Counted from the first letter of the stretch, positions 13,720 through 31,098 are shown. The stretch: 64,000 bases of DNA from an uncultured delta proteobacterium (GCA_963832165.1 CAWHTE010000007.1:384001-448000), one strand, 5' to 3'. The notes: generated by a model not told the origin, from the letters alone. A program made the numbers and translations.

Positions 13720-14123
13720 TGCCGATCGATCTCACGATCGTGACGCCGTCGGGGCCCGCCTATCGCGGCGACGTCGACTCGGTGGTCCTGCCCGGCAGCG
13801 AGGGCGACTTCGGCGTGCTGCCCGGGCACGAGCGCTTCCTGACCGCGCTGCGCCCGGGCGAGATCCAGATCAAGACGGGCAACCAGACGATCTACGCCGC
13901 GTCGTCGCCGGGCTTCGCGGACGTCTCGGGCGAGCAGGTGACCGTGCTCGTCGACGCGTGCGAGCTCGCGGCCGACATCGATCCGGCGCGCGCCGAGCAG
14001 GCGCGCCAGCGCGCGGAGCAGGACCTGGCCGGATCCGGCAGCTCCGACCCCGCGCGCGCCGCGGAGCTCCAGGCGGCGCTCGAACGCGCGAACAATCGCA
14101 TCGCGGTGAGCCAGCGGAAGTAG
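13719..14123 (+). CDS. atpC: ATP synthase subunit epsilon
   Basis: IVTP, PGSEGDFGVLPGH, C-terminal helical hairpin. Confidence 0.96.
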
Positions 14124-14157
14124 GCCCCGGGCCGCGGGCGTGCGATGCTGGGCGAGC

Positions 14158-15441
14158 ATGCATTCCGCGCCCCAACCCCTCCCCGAGCGATCCGGCGCGT
14201 TCGGCGGCTTCATCGGCCCGCGCACGCTCGTGTCGCTGGTCGAGAGTGCGTTGCCGTGGCTGCTCGCGCCCGCGTTCGCGCAGCGCGCGGGAGTCGCGGC
14301 GCCGAGCGGGGATGGGTCGCTGCACGAGCTCGCCGCGGGTCCGCTCGGCTGGTGGCGCGTGCTGCGCGCAGTGCAAGGAGGCCGACAGAGTCGGCCGACG
14401 CGCAGCGAGCCGGAGGCGAGCGAAGGCGCGCCCCTGCAAGATTGGCTCGCACCGAGCGAAGTGCCCACCCCGGAGCAGCGCACCGACTACTTCGCGCTCT
14501 GCTTGGCCGCGCACTTCGCGAGCGCGGCGAGCTTCGTGCCCACCGACGTCGATACCAAGATCCGCCGCGCGCTCTGGCGCGAGGCCGTGGGCACGCCCGA
14601 GCTCGCGCGCATGCGCGCGCTCGCGCTCGGGCTGTCGGCGTGGGACGTCTCGGCGGTGTCGGCGCGCCAGGTGCAGACTCCCGAGGGCGTCGTCTCGGGC
14701 CACGATGGCGAGCGGCTCTCGGTGCTATGCGGCGGGCTCATCGCATCGCTGCGTGCGCAAGAGAGCGAGGGCGCGGCCGAGCTCGAGGCCGCGATCGAGG
14801 ACGAGCTCGCGCGCGAGGCGCGCGCGTTCGCGGAGCTCGAGCGTGCGCGGGGGTCCGAGCTCGATCTGGTGCGGCTCGCCGGCGTGCTCACGCACAACGC
14901 GGGCGACGTGATGCAGGGTCTCGCGGGCGCGGGAAAGGCGAGCCTGCTCGTGGAGCGCTTCGGCGACCTCGCGCGCACGGGTGTCTCGCGCTACGGCGGG
15001 GCGTTCGGGCGCGCGGCCGCTCTCTACCGCGCGCTGCTCGCGAGCGAGGGCCACCGCAACTACCCGCTGCGCGGGCCGCGCGCGCTCCGGCGCGTTCCCG
15101 AGCTGTTGCTGCCGATCGCGCCGCTGCTCGACGACTGGGGCGAGCGGATCGCGCGCGTGCGCGAGCTCACCGCGCGCGAGCGCGCCGAGATCGTGGAGGC
15201 GCTCGCGCTGGGCTGCACGAAGCTTCCGGGCCAGCAGGGCTACTACCGCGCGCTCGCGGGCTACGCGCGCGCGAGCGCGCGCGGGCTCGAGGCGCCCGAG
15301 ATCGCCGAGCACGTCGCGGCGTCGACGCGCCGCCTGCTGCGCGCGAGCGACCTGCGCCAGAAGATCGCCGTGCCGCGCGCGTCGTTCGAGTCGCAGCTCG
15401 CCAAGCGCGCGCGCTCTCTCCTCGCTACGCGGACTTCTTGA
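14158..15441 (+). CDS. Hypothetical helical protein with an in-frame repeat insertion (start uncertain)
   Basis: Long ORF with host-like codon usage; conserved-looking blocks FVPTDVDTKIR, HNAGD, EGHRNYPLR. Confidence 0.75.
   Translation: MHSAPQPLPERSGAFGGFIGPRTLVSLVESALPWLLAPAFAQRAGVAAPSGDGSLHELAAGPLGWWRVLRAVQGGRQSRPTRSEPEASEGAPLQDWLAPSEVPTPEQRTDYFALCLAAHFASAASFVPTDVDTKIRRALWREAVGTPELARMRALALGLSAWDVSAVSARQVQTPEGVVSGHDGERLSVLCGGLIASLRAQESEGAAELEAAIEDELAREARAFAELERARGSELDLVRLAGVLTHNAGDVMQGLAGAGKASLLVERFGDLARTGVSRYGGAFGRAAALYRALLASEGHRNYPLRGPRALRRVPELLLPIAPLLDDWGERIARVRELTARERAEIVEALALGCTKLPGQQGYYRALAGYARASARGLEAPEIAEHVAASTRRLLRASDLRQKIAVPRASFESQLAKRARSLLATRTS
14373..14438 (+). repeat. Hairpin repeat family, C-type copy (in-frame)
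   Basis: GCAAGGAGGCCGACAGAGTCGGCCGACGCGCAGCGAGCCGGAGGCGAGCGAAGGCGCGCCCCTGCA; near-identical to the reverse complement of 16016-16080. Confidence 0.9.
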
Positions 15442-15991
15442 CGCGCGACGCCTTGAGCCGCGCCTTGCCGTCCTCGATCTGGACGCGGAACGAGAACTCG
15501 GCCGATTCGCCGAACTTGGTGCGCAGCGCGTCGCGCTGCTCGGCGATGATCGACTCGAGCTTCTCGCGCGTGAGGCCGCTCACGCTCTCGCCGCACGTGC
15601 GCCGCGCGTCGACGTAGCTCTGGTAGAGATCGCCGGGGGTGGGCGCTGACACGGGAGGCACGGCCGCCGACTCGCCGGGCGCTTGCTGCTCGTGCAGCCG
15701 GGCCTTGAAGCGGTGCCGCTCGTAGGTACCCGCCTCGATCTTGCGCAACGTCTCGTCCCATTGGCGGCGGTACGCCTGGTAGCGCGAGCAGATGCTCGTG
15801 AACTTGAAGCGCGCCCCGGTGTTCTTGATCGCGGTGCTCGTGAGCTCGATCACGGCCTTGTTGATCTCGCTGCGCAGCTGCACCGGCTCGCGCGGTCGGT
15901 TGCCGAGGAAGTACTGGTCGTAGTCGCGTTTGAGCTGCGCGAGCTTGAACTCGAGCATGCGCAGATCGTCGTCGATCGCCTCGGTGGACAC
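15425..15991 (-). CDS. MXAN_5187 C-terminal-domain-like protein
   Basis: LKRDYDQYFLG..PREP, LYQSYVDARR.CGE, FRVQIEDGKARLKA; family recognised from memory. Confidence 0.65.
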   Translation of the reverse strand: MSTEAIDDDLRMLEFKLAQLKRDYDQYFLGNRPREPVQLRSEINKAVIELTSTAIKNTGARFKFTSICSRYQAYRRQWDETLRKIEAGTYERHRFKARLHEQQAPGESAAVPPVSAPTPGDLYQSYVDARRTCGESVSGLTREKLESIIAEQRDALRTKFGESAEFSFRVQIEDGKARLKASRVKKSA

Positions 15992-16015
15992 GCGCGGCTC
16001 TCCCCGGCCATCCCG

Positions 16016-17955
<1,940 letters not shown>

Positions 17956-17959
17956 CGTG

Positions 17960-19039
17960 CTAGGCGTCGCCGCGCGCGACTTCGGGGCGCAGCAGCGGAG
18001 CTGCGCCACGTAGCCGGAATGCGGCGGCCTCGGCTCCACCCGCCGTCTCGCCGGGCTGGAGCGGATTGCCGTCCACCTCGAAGCCGGCCTCGCGGATCAT
18101 GCGGTAGGTGTCGGCGAGCGAGTCGCCGCGCGTGGTGAGATAGCCCTCGACGAAGAGCGAGTTCGCGGGCCAGAGCGCGAACGCCTCCATGCCGCGCAGG
18201 TGCCCTTCGCGCCCGCCTGCGGCGCGGATCTCCGCGCGCGGGTTCACGAGCCGCATCAGGCACAGCGCGCGCAGGCAGCGCTCGGGCGTGAGCGAGCCGT
18301 CCGACTGCACGGGGTTGCCGTCGATCGGGATCAGGAAGTTCACGGGGATCGACGGCACCTCGAGCTCGCGCAGCTTGAAGCTCACCTCGACGACATCGGC
18401 GCTCTGCTCGCCCATGCCGAGGATCAGTCCGCTGCACGCCTCGATGCCGCACTTCTTCGCGGCGACCAGCGTGCGCACGCGGTCGGCGTAGGTATGGGTC
18501 GAGCAGATCTCGCCGTAGTGCGACTCGCTCGTGTTCAGGTTGTGGTTCAGGCGGTCGAGACCCGCGTCGGCGAGGATGCGCGCGTGCTCCTCCTCGAGCA
18601 GACCCACCGAGAGGCACACCCCGATCGGGTAGCGCTGCTTCACCTCGCGGATCAGTTCGGCGAGCCGGTGCGTCATCGCGAGCGTCGGACCGCGCCCCGA
18701 CATCACCATGCAGTAGCGCGTCGCCCCCGCGCGTGCGGCGGCCTCGGCGCCCGCGAGGATCTCCTCGCGATCCTTCATCGCGTACTTGCGGATCGCCGAC
18801 TTCGAGTCGCGCGACTGCGAGCAGTAGCCGCAGTCTTCGGGGCACAGCCCGTTCTGCACGTTGTTGAGCACGTGCACCATCACGCGGCGGCCGAAGTGCT
18901 GCTCGCGCGGCGCGAACGCGGCGTGCAGCAGCGGCAGCAGCGCGACGTCGGGCCCGTCCAGGATCCAGTGGGCCTCGCTCTCGGAGGGCGGCTCGTCCGC
19001 CAGCGCGCGCGCCGCGAGTCGTTCGTACTTCTCGAACAT
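17960..19039 (-). CDS. bioB: Biotin synthase
   Basis: Radical SAM CPEDCGYC, NHNLNTS, PVNFLIPI, GYLTT; GAGGAG SD before the ATG at 19039. Confidence 0.96.
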   Translation of the reverse strand: MFEKYERLAARALADEPPSESEAHWILDGPDVALLPLLHAAFAPREQHFGRRVMVHVLNNVQNGLCPEDCGYCSQSRDSKSAIRKYAMKDREEILAGAEAAARAGATRYCMVMSGRGPTLAMTHRLAELIREVKQRYPIGVCLSVGLLEEEHARILADAGLDRLNHNLNTSESHYGEICSTHTYADRVRTLVAAKKCGIEACSGLILGMGEQSADVVEVSFKLRELEVPSIPVNFLIPIDGNPVQSDGSLTPERCLRALCLMRLVNPRAEIRAAGGREGHLRGMEAFALWPANSLFVEGYLTTRGDSLADTYRMIREAGFEVDGNPLQPGETAGGAEAAAFRLRGAAPLLRPEVARGDA

Positions 19040-19065
19040 GGGGGGTCTCCTCGGGTGGCGGGCCA

Positions 19066-19119
19066 ACCCTAGAGAGGGCACCCGACCCCTGTCAACCGCA
19101 GTCCCGATCGCGGTTTACA
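19066..19119 (-). promoter_or_regulatory. bioB promoter overlapped by a BirA operator
   Basis: Minus-strand TTGACA (19095-19090)-N18-TAGGGT (19071-19066); BirA box TGTCAACC-N14-GGTTTACA at 19090-19119. Confidence 0.85.
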
Positions 19120-19175
19120 GCGCCGCATCGCGCATTGCGCGGCTACTCTCGCGCGCAAGCTGTCCGGCGCGCAGT

Positions 19176-19213
19176 GCAAGTTTCGCGCAGCGAGCCGAAG
19201 GCGAGCGAAGACC
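19176..19213 (+). repeat. Hairpin repeat family, A-type copy in the radA 5' region
   Basis: GCAAGTTTCGCGCAGCGAGCCGAAGGCGAGCGAAGACC; identical to 19565-19602 and to the reverse complement of 54495-54532. Confidence 0.92.
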
Positions 19214-19225
19214 GAAGGGCATTGA

Positions 19226-20653
19226 ATGGGGCGCAGCCGCAGCGTGTACGCGTGCACCGAATGCGGCGCTCAGCAGCCGCGCTGGCTGGGGCGCTGCCCC
19301 GAATGCGGTGCGTGGTCGACTCTCGTGGAGGAGCGCGCGGTCGCGCCCGCCGAGCCGCGTGAGCTGATCGCGCGCGAGCCGCAGAGCGCCAAGCCGCGCC
19401 GGCTCGCCGAGATCGATGCGGACGCCGTGCCGCGCCTCGCGACCGGGATCGCCGAGCTCGACCGCGTGCTCGGCGGCGGCATCGTGCCCGGATCGGTCGT
19501 GTTGCTCGCAGGCGAGCCCGGAGTCGGCAAGTCGACGCTCGCGCTGCAGCTCGCGGCGGGCGCCGCAAGTTTCGCGCAGCGAGCCGAAGGCGAGCGAAGA
19601 CCATCAGGTGGGAGCAGCCGGCCCGTGCTCTACGTCGCGGGCGAGGAGAGTCCGGAGCAGATCCGGCTGCGCGCGGATCGCCTCGCGTCGCTGCCCGAGG
19701 CGCTCGTCGTGCTGCCCGAGACCTGCGTCGAGGCGCTCGCGGATCCGTGGCGCGAGATGCAGCCCTCGCTCGTGATCGTCGACTCGGTGCAGACGCTGCG
19801 CAGCGAGCGCATCGAGTCGGCGCCGGGCTCGGTCGCGCAGGTGCGCGAGTGCGCGGCGCTGCTCGCGGCGACCGCGAAGGCGCACGGCACCGCGCTCGTG
19901 CTGGTCGGCCACGTCAACAAGGAGGGCGCGATCGCGGGACCGCGCGTGCTCGAGCATCTCGTCGACGTCGTGCTCCAGCTCGAGGGCGACGGCTTCCACG
20001 CGTTCCGCCTGCTGCGCGCGCACAAGAACCGCTTCGGCTCGACGCAGGAGATCGGCGTGTTCCACATGAGCGGCGTGGGACTCGAGGCCGTGCCGAACCC
20101 GAGCGAGCTGTTCCTCGCCGAGCGCCGCGCGGGCGCACCCGGGTCGTGCATCGTGCCGTGGCTCGAGGGCAGTCGTCCGATGCTCGTGGAGATCCAGGCG
20201 CTCGTGGCGCCCGCGGGCTACGGCACCGCGCGCCGCACCGCGATCGGCGTCGATGACGCGCGGCTCGCGCTGCTGCTCGCGGTGCTCGACCGGCGCGCGC
20301 ACGTCGACCTGCTCTCGCGCGACGTCTACGTGAACGCGGTCGGCGGTGTGCGGATCCGAGAGCCCGGCGCCGATCTCGCGCTTGCGCTCGCGCTCGCGTC
20401 GAGCCGGCTCGATCTCGCGCTGCCCGCCGACGTGGCCGCGTGCGGCGAGGTCGGTCTCGGCGGCGAGATCCGGCGCGTGGCGCGGCTCGATGCGCGCGTT
20501 GCCGAGGCGGCGCGGCTCGGCTTCCGGCGCCTGCTCGTACCGGCCGGAGCGCAGGCCGCGCTCGCGTCGCCGCCGGGCGCCCTGCTCGTGCCCGTGAACG
20601 ATCTCGCCGAGGCCGTGGCGTGGCTCTCGTCCACGGCCGTTCACACGTCGTGA
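19226..20653 (+). CDS. radA: DNA repair protein RadA/Sms with a ~15-aa repeat-derived insertion
   Basis: CTECG...CPECG Zn finger, GEPGVGKST, KNRFG, Lon-like C-terminal domain. Confidence 0.97.
   Translation: MGRSRSVYACTECGAQQPRWLGRCPECGAWSTLVEERAVAPAEPRELIAREPQSAKPRRLAEIDADAVPRLATGIAELDRVLGGGIVPGSVVLLAGEPGVGKSTLALQLAAGAASFAQRAEGERRPSGGSSRPVLYVAGEESPEQIRLRADRLASLPEALVVLPETCVEALADPWREMQPSLVIVDSVQTLRSERIESAPGSVAQVRECAALLAATAKAHGTALVLVGHVNKEGAIAGPRVLEHLVDVVLQLEGDGFHAFRLLRAHKNRFGSTQEIGVFHMSGVGLEAVPNPSELFLAERRAGAPGSCIVPWLEGSRPMLVEIQALVAPAGYGTARRTAIGVDDARLALLLAVLDRRAHVDLLSRDVYVNAVGGVRIREPGADLALALALASSRLDLALPADVAACGEVGLGGEIRRVARLDARVAEAARLGFRRLLVPAGAQAALASPPGALLVPVNDLAEAVAWLSSTAVHTS
19565..19611 (+). 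repeat. Hairpin repeat family, A-type copy in-frame in radA
   Basis: GCAAGTTTCGCGCAGCGAGCCGAAGGCGAGCGAAGACCATCAGGTGG, translated as [15 protein letters not shown]. Confidence 0.92.
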
Positions 20654-20702
20654 GCCCGCTAGTTAACCATTCGAATTTGCTGATCTTTTCAGCATTTTCC
20701 CT

Positions 20703-20732
20703 TTGACAGCGCGAGGCGAGTCGGGCTAGGGT
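20703..20732 (+). promoter_or_regulatory. Putative sigma70 promoter (possibly for a leaderless or short-leader mRNA)
   Basis: TTGACA-N18-TAGGGT (same hexamers and spacing as the bioB promoter), 9 nt before the ATG at 20742. Confidence 0.6.
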
Positions 20733-20741
20733 TTCGCAGCG

Positions 20742-21767
20742 ATGACGAACCGCTCGCCCGCCGCCGGCCCGGCCGGCTATGCAGCCGCGCTCGAGCGGCT
20801 CACCGAAGATCTCGCGCTCGTCGAGAGCGCGATGCGCGAGCAGCTCGTGTCGGCGAGCGAGGTGCTCTCGGCGCTCGGCGATCACGTGCTCGCCTCGGGC
20901 GGCAAGCGCATGCGGCCCGCGCTGCTCCTGCTCGCGGCCGAGCTCTGCAACTACACGGGGCCCCGGCGCATCCAGATCGCCGCGGCGGTCGAGCTGCTCC
21001 ACACCGCGACGCTGCTGCACGACGACGTGGTCGATCTCTCCGTGCTGCGCCGCGGCCGCCCCTCCGCAAACGCGCTCTGGGGCAACCGGCGCGCCGTGCT
21101 CGCGGGCGACTTCTTCTACGCGCGCGCCTCGTCGATGATCGTCGAAGACGGCGACCTCGACATCCTGTGGATCTTCGCCGACACGATCCGCAGCATGGCG
21201 GAGGGCGAGCTGCTCCAGCTCCAGCGCAGCTTCGATCCCTCGGTCACCGAGGCGCACTACTTCCAGGTGATCGAGCGCAAGAGCGCGGTGCTCCTGTCTG
21301 CGGCCTGCGAGTCGGGCGGGATCCTCGGCGGGGTCACGCGCGCCGAGCGGCGCCGGCTCGCCGAGTACGGGCGCGAGCTCGGGCTCGCGTTCCAGCTGCG
21401 CGACGACGCGCTCGACTACGAGGATCGCGAGGCCGATCTCGGCAAGCGGCCCTACGACGATCTGCGCGAGGGCAAGGTGACGCTGCCGCTCCTGCTCGCG
21501 CTCAAGCGCTGCTCGGCCGCCGAGCGCGAGGCAGTGGCCTCGCTGCTCAAGGCGGTGTCGCTGGTCCCCGACCCGGACGCTGCGGTCGCGCTCGATCTCT
21601 CGCCCGCGATCGAAGTGGTGCAGCGCTACCGCGGCGTCGAAGACACCGTGCGCCGCGCCGAGGAGCACGCGCGCCGCGCGCGCAACGCGATCGCTCCCTT
21701 CCCCGATGGAGGCGCTCAGAGCGACCTGCTCGCCGCTGCCGACTTCGCCGTCGCGCGCGATCGCTAG
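20742..21767 (+). CDS. Trans-polyprenyl diphosphate synthase (IspB-like)
   Basis: GGKRMRP, LHDDVVD...RRG, FQLRDD.LDY, GK...DL.EGK.TLP. Confidence 0.93.
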   Translation: MTNRSPAAGPAGYAAALERLTEDLALVESAMREQLVSASEVLSALGDHVLASGGKRMRPALLLLAAELCNYTGPRRIQIAAAVELLHTATLLHDDVVDLSVLRRGRPSANALWGNRRAVLAGDFFYARASSMIVEDGDLDILWIFADTIRSMAEGELLQLQRSFDPSVTEAHYFQVIERKSAVLLSAACESGGILGGVTRAERRRLAEYGRELGLAFQLRDDALDYEDREADLGKRPYDDLREGKVTLPLLLALKRCSAAEREAVASLLKAVSLVPDPDAAVALDLSPAIEVVQRYRGVEDTVRRAEEHARRARNAIAPFPDGGAQSDLLAAADFAVARDR

Positions 21768-21827
21768 CAAAGCGCCGCGAAGCGGCGCACGCAGCGAGCC
21801 GAAGGCGAGCGGAGATCGAACAGGTGG
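21767..21827 (+). repeat. Hairpin repeat family, B-type intergenic copy
   Basis: GCAAAGCGCCGCGAAGCGGCGCACGCAGCGAGCCGAAGGCGAGCGGAGATCGAACAGGTGG. Confidence 0.88.
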
Positions 21828-21868
21828 ATTCAACCTCTCATCCCCGATCGGTCCCGGGAGCTACTCCC

Positions 21869-22183
21869 ATGGTTCGATTCGCACAGGCCGCGGGCGCCGC
21901 GTTGGCGCTCGCCACTCTCCTCGTGTTCTCGGGCTCGCCCGCGTTCGCCGAGGAGAAGCTCTCCGGCGTCGTCAACGTCAACACCGCGAGCGCGGCGGAG
22001 CTCGAGATGCTGCCCGGCGTCGGCGCGTCGCGCGCCAAGGCGGTGATCGAGGCCCGCGAGGCGAAGGGCGGCTTCAAGAGCCTCGACGATCTGCTCGAGG
22101 TGAAGGGTATCGGCGAGGCGAGCCTCGCGAAGCTGCGCCCGCACCTCACGCTCGACGGCAAGACGACGGTCAAGGCGGAATAG
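21869..22183 (+). CDS. comEA: ComEA-family helix-hairpin-helix protein with signal peptide
   Basis: VNVNTASAAELEMLPGVG...GGFKSLDDLLEVKGIG. Confidence 0.88.
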   Translation: MVRFAQAAGAALALATLLVFSGSPAFAEEKLSGVVNVNTASAAELEMLPGVGASRAKAVIEAREAKGGFKSLDDLLEVKGIGEASLAKLRPHLTLDGKTTVKAE

Positions 22184-22194
22184 CAGCGGACGCC

Positions 22195-22227
22195 GATGGG
22201 GCCGGCGGCCGTGCCTCCGGCCCCATC
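22195..22227 (+). terminator. GC-rich hairpin after comEA
   Basis: GATGGGGCCGG...CCGGCCCCATC, 11-bp stem with only a weak U-tract. Confidence 0.4.
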
Positions 22228-22261
22228 CTTCCCGATGGACTGCGCCCGCTACCTTGCCGCG

Positions 22262-23089
22262 GTGACTGCGCGGCGCCCGGCCGTCTACCTCCTGCTTGCG
22301 CTCGCGCTCGCCACGCGCGCGGACGCAGACACCCCGCGCGTGGTGTCGCTCTCGCCATCGCTCACGGCGATCCTGCTTGCGCTCCACGCGGGCGATGCGC
22401 TCGTGGGCGTCGACGAGAGTTCCGCGCAGTCCGATCACCGCGTGCGCGAGCTGCCGCGCGTCGGAGGGCTGTTCAATCCGAGCCTCGAGGCGATCGTTGC
22501 GCTGAAGCCGTCGGCCGTGGCGCTCGTGCCGAGTGCACAGCAGCGCGAGCTGCGCGAACGGCTCGAAGGCGCTCGGTATCGAGGTGCTCGCACTGCCCAA
22601 CATCAGCTTCCTGGATGTCCTGAGCTCGATCGCAGTCTCGGGAAGCCATGTCGGGCGCGACGCCGTCGCGCTAGCGCGCGTCGAGACGATCCAGCAAGGC
22701 CTGGGGCAAGGCATTGGCCGATGCCGCGAGCGGGCCGCGCGTGCGGACCGTGCTCGTGCTCCAGCGCGAGCCGCTCTACGTCGTAGGTCTCGGCAGCTTC
22801 CTCGACTCGATGCTCGAAGCGGCGGGCGCGGAGAATCTCGCGCGAAAGTTTGACGACCCCTACCCGCGCGTCTCGATCGAGTGGCTGATCGCCGCGGCGC
22901 CCGACCTGATCCTCGACGCCGCCGATCCGGCCACGGAGGCGCGGACCGCATTGGTCGCACTGGCCGTCGCTGCCCGCCGTGAAGCACGGGCGCGTGAAGA
23001 CGCTCGACCGCACGATCACGATCCCGGGTCCCTATCTCGACCGCTCGCTCGCGACGCTGTCCGCGGCCGTGCGCGGGCCCGAGCGATGA
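22262..23089 (+). CDS. ABC transporter periplasmic binding protein (BtuF/helical-backbone type), broken by about 3 frameshifts
   Basis: RVVSLSPSLT...VGVD...PSLEAIVALKP; GSFLDSMLEAAGAENL...YPRVSIEWLIAAAPD; W.SLPAVKHGRV...PGP in successive frames. Confidence 0.8.
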
Positions 23090-24108
23090 GAGTGCTCACG
23101 GCGCGCGCGGCGGCGCTGCGGCTCGCGCTGCTGGGCGCGCTGCTGCTCGGATCGCTCGTGGTGGGCCTGGCCGCGGGGCCCAGCTCGCTAGGCCCCGGCG
23201 AGGCGCTGCGCGCGATCTTCGCGGGCGACGACGCGGGCATCGCGGCTGACATCGCGCTGCGTGTGCGGCTGCCGCGCGTGCTGCTCGCGGCGGCGGTCGG
23301 TGCCGCGCTCGCGGTGGCCGGCGCGCTGTTCCAGGCGCTGCTGCGCAATCCGCTCGCGGATCCCTACGTGCTCGGCGTTTCGGGCGGCGCGGCGGTCGGC
23401 GGGATCCTCGCGCTCTCGCTGGGCTCGGCATTGGGCTGGGGCGCCGCGGCCGTGACGCCTGCAGCGTTCGCGGGGGCGCTCGTCACCACGGCCGCGCTCT
23501 ACGCGGTTGCCGCAGTGCGCGGGCGCGTGTCGGCCACTCACCTCCTGCTCACGGGCGTGGTGTTCAACGCGTTCGCGTCGGCGGCGATCGTGTTCGTCGC
23601 GTCGCTCGCGGGGCTCACCGAGGGCACGAGCCTGTTCCTGTGGCTGATCGGGAGCCTCTCCGCGGTGCGCGCGGACGCGGCTCCCGTGGTGGGCGCGTTC
23701 CTCGCGCTGGGTCTCGGCTGCGCGCTGCCGCTGCTGCGCGACCTCGACCTGCTCTCGCTCGGCGAGGAGTCCGCCGCGCAGCTCGGCGTGGACGTCGTCC
23801 GCCTTCAGCGCGTGCTCCTGCTCTCGACCTCGCTCATGGTGGGCGCGGCCGTGTCGGTTGCGGGGCTGATCGGCTTCGTGGGCCTGATCGTCCCGCACCT
23901 CCTGCGGCTGCGGCTGGGTCCCGACCACCGCCTGCTCGTGCCGGCCGCGGCGCTCGGCGGCGCCGCTTTCCTCGTGCTCTGCGACACCGCGGCGCGCACG
24001 CTGTTTGGCGGCCGCGAGCTGCCCGTGGGCGCGATCACCGCGCTCGCGGGCGGGCCGCTCTTCCTCTACCTGCTCCGGCGCCACCACCTCCGGAGCACGG
24101 CGCCGTGA
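23086..24108 (+). CDS. FecCD/BtuC-family ABC permease
   Basis: RLPRVLLA, QALLRNPLADP, LGEESAAQLG, IGFVGLIVPH, ELPVG. Confidence 0.94.
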   Translation: MRVLTARAAALRLALLGALLLGSLVVGLAAGPSSLGPGEALRAIFAGDDAGIAADIALRVRLPRVLLAAAVGAALAVAGALFQALLRNPLADPYVLGVSGGAAVGGILALSLGSALGWGAAAVTPAAFAGALVTTAALYAVAAVRGRVSATHLLLTGVVFNAFASAAIVFVASLAGLTEGTSLFLWLIGSLSAVRADAAPVVGAFLALGLGCALPLLRDLDLLSLGEESAAQLGVDVVRLQRVLLLSTSLMVGAAVSVAGLIGFVGLIVPHLLRLRLGPDHRLLVPAAALGGAAFLVLCDTAARTLFGGRELPVGAITALAGGPLFLYLLRRHHLRSTAP

Positions 24109-24902
24109 GCGCACCCGCGCTCGCATTCGAAGACGTGGCGGTGCGCTTCGGCGAGCGCACCGTGCTGCGCGGCGTTTCACTCGAGCTCTTCCCGGGCGAA
24201 GTGCTCGGGCTCGCCGGCCCCAACGGCGCCGGCAAGACCACGTTGTTCCGCGCCGCGACGCGCGTGCTGCGGCCCGACCGCGGCGAGGTGCGCGTCGCGG
24301 GAACGCCCGTGGCGTCGCTCGCGCGCCGCGAGCTCGCGCGCCGCGTGGCGGTCGTTCCGCAGGACGTCACGGTGCCGTTCCCGTTTCGCGCGGGCGAGGT
24401 GGTGTTGATGGGCCGGGCGCCGCACCGCACGGGCTTCGGCTTCGAGACCGCGGCGGACGTCGAGCGGGCGCGGGCGTGCCTCGCGCAGGTCGGGATCGAG
24501 TCGCTCGCCGACCGCCCGATGGCCGAGCTCTCGGGCGGGGAGCGCCAGCTCGTGCTCGTGGCGCGCGCGCTGGCCCAGGACCCCGACGTGCTGCTGCTCG
24601 ACGAGCCCACGGCCCACCTCGACCTGCGCCACCGCGCGGTCGTGCTCGAGCGGGTGCGCGAGTTCGCGCGCGCGGGAGGCGCCGCGCTGGTCGTCTCCCA
24701 CGACCTCACGCTCGCGGCGCGCAGCTGCGGCCGGCTCGCACTGCTCGCCGATGGGGCGCTGGCGGCCTGCGGCCCGCCTTCCGAGGTATTGCGCGCGCCG
24801 CTTCTCGCCCGTGTGTTCGGGGTCGAGGCCGAGGTGCTCGACGCACCCGACGGGGCGCCGCTCGTGATCCCGCGCCGCGCCTTCCCGGGGCCACCGGGTT
24901 AG
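24105..24902 (+). CDS. BtuD/FecE-type ABC ATPase
   Basis: GPNGAGKTT, LSGGERQ, LLDEPT, SHDL. Confidence 0.94.
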   Translation: MSAPALAFEDVAVRFGERTVLRGVSLELFPGEVLGLAGPNGAGKTTLFRAATRVLRPDRGEVRVAGTPVASLARRELARRVAVVPQDVTVPFPFRAGEVVLMGRAPHRTGFGFETAADVERARACLAQVGIESLADRPMAELSGGERQLVLVARALAQDPDVLLLDEPTAHLDLRHRAVVLERVREFARAGGAALVVSHDLTLAARSCGRLALLADGALAACGPPSEVLRAPLLARVFGVEAEVLDAPDGAPLVIPRRAFPGPPG

Positions 24903-25096
24903 GCAAGTCCGACCGCCAACCCGGCGAATCCAAGCTCGTCCAGCGGTCTTCAAAATAAAACCCCGGTTTCCCCATTGCGCCCTTGATATAAAGGGCAATC
25001 CTCGTCCAACCGAATGTTTAGGGGTCCAGCCAGCTCGGCGGGGGGCGAGTAACGACGATCCCTGTCGAGGGCTCGGGGCCGCTTCCAAGGTCTCCA

Positions 25097-31067
<5,971 letters not shown>

Positions 31068-31098
31068 GAATCGGGGCCAGAAGAAATCGGGGTAGCGC

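Noticed and set aside
17986..18033. GGCGCAGC...GCTGCGCC hairpin at the bioB 3' end as another repeat-family copy
   Set aside because: It lacks the GCGAG-GNA-CGAGC core and occurs once; it may be chance in high-GC DNA.
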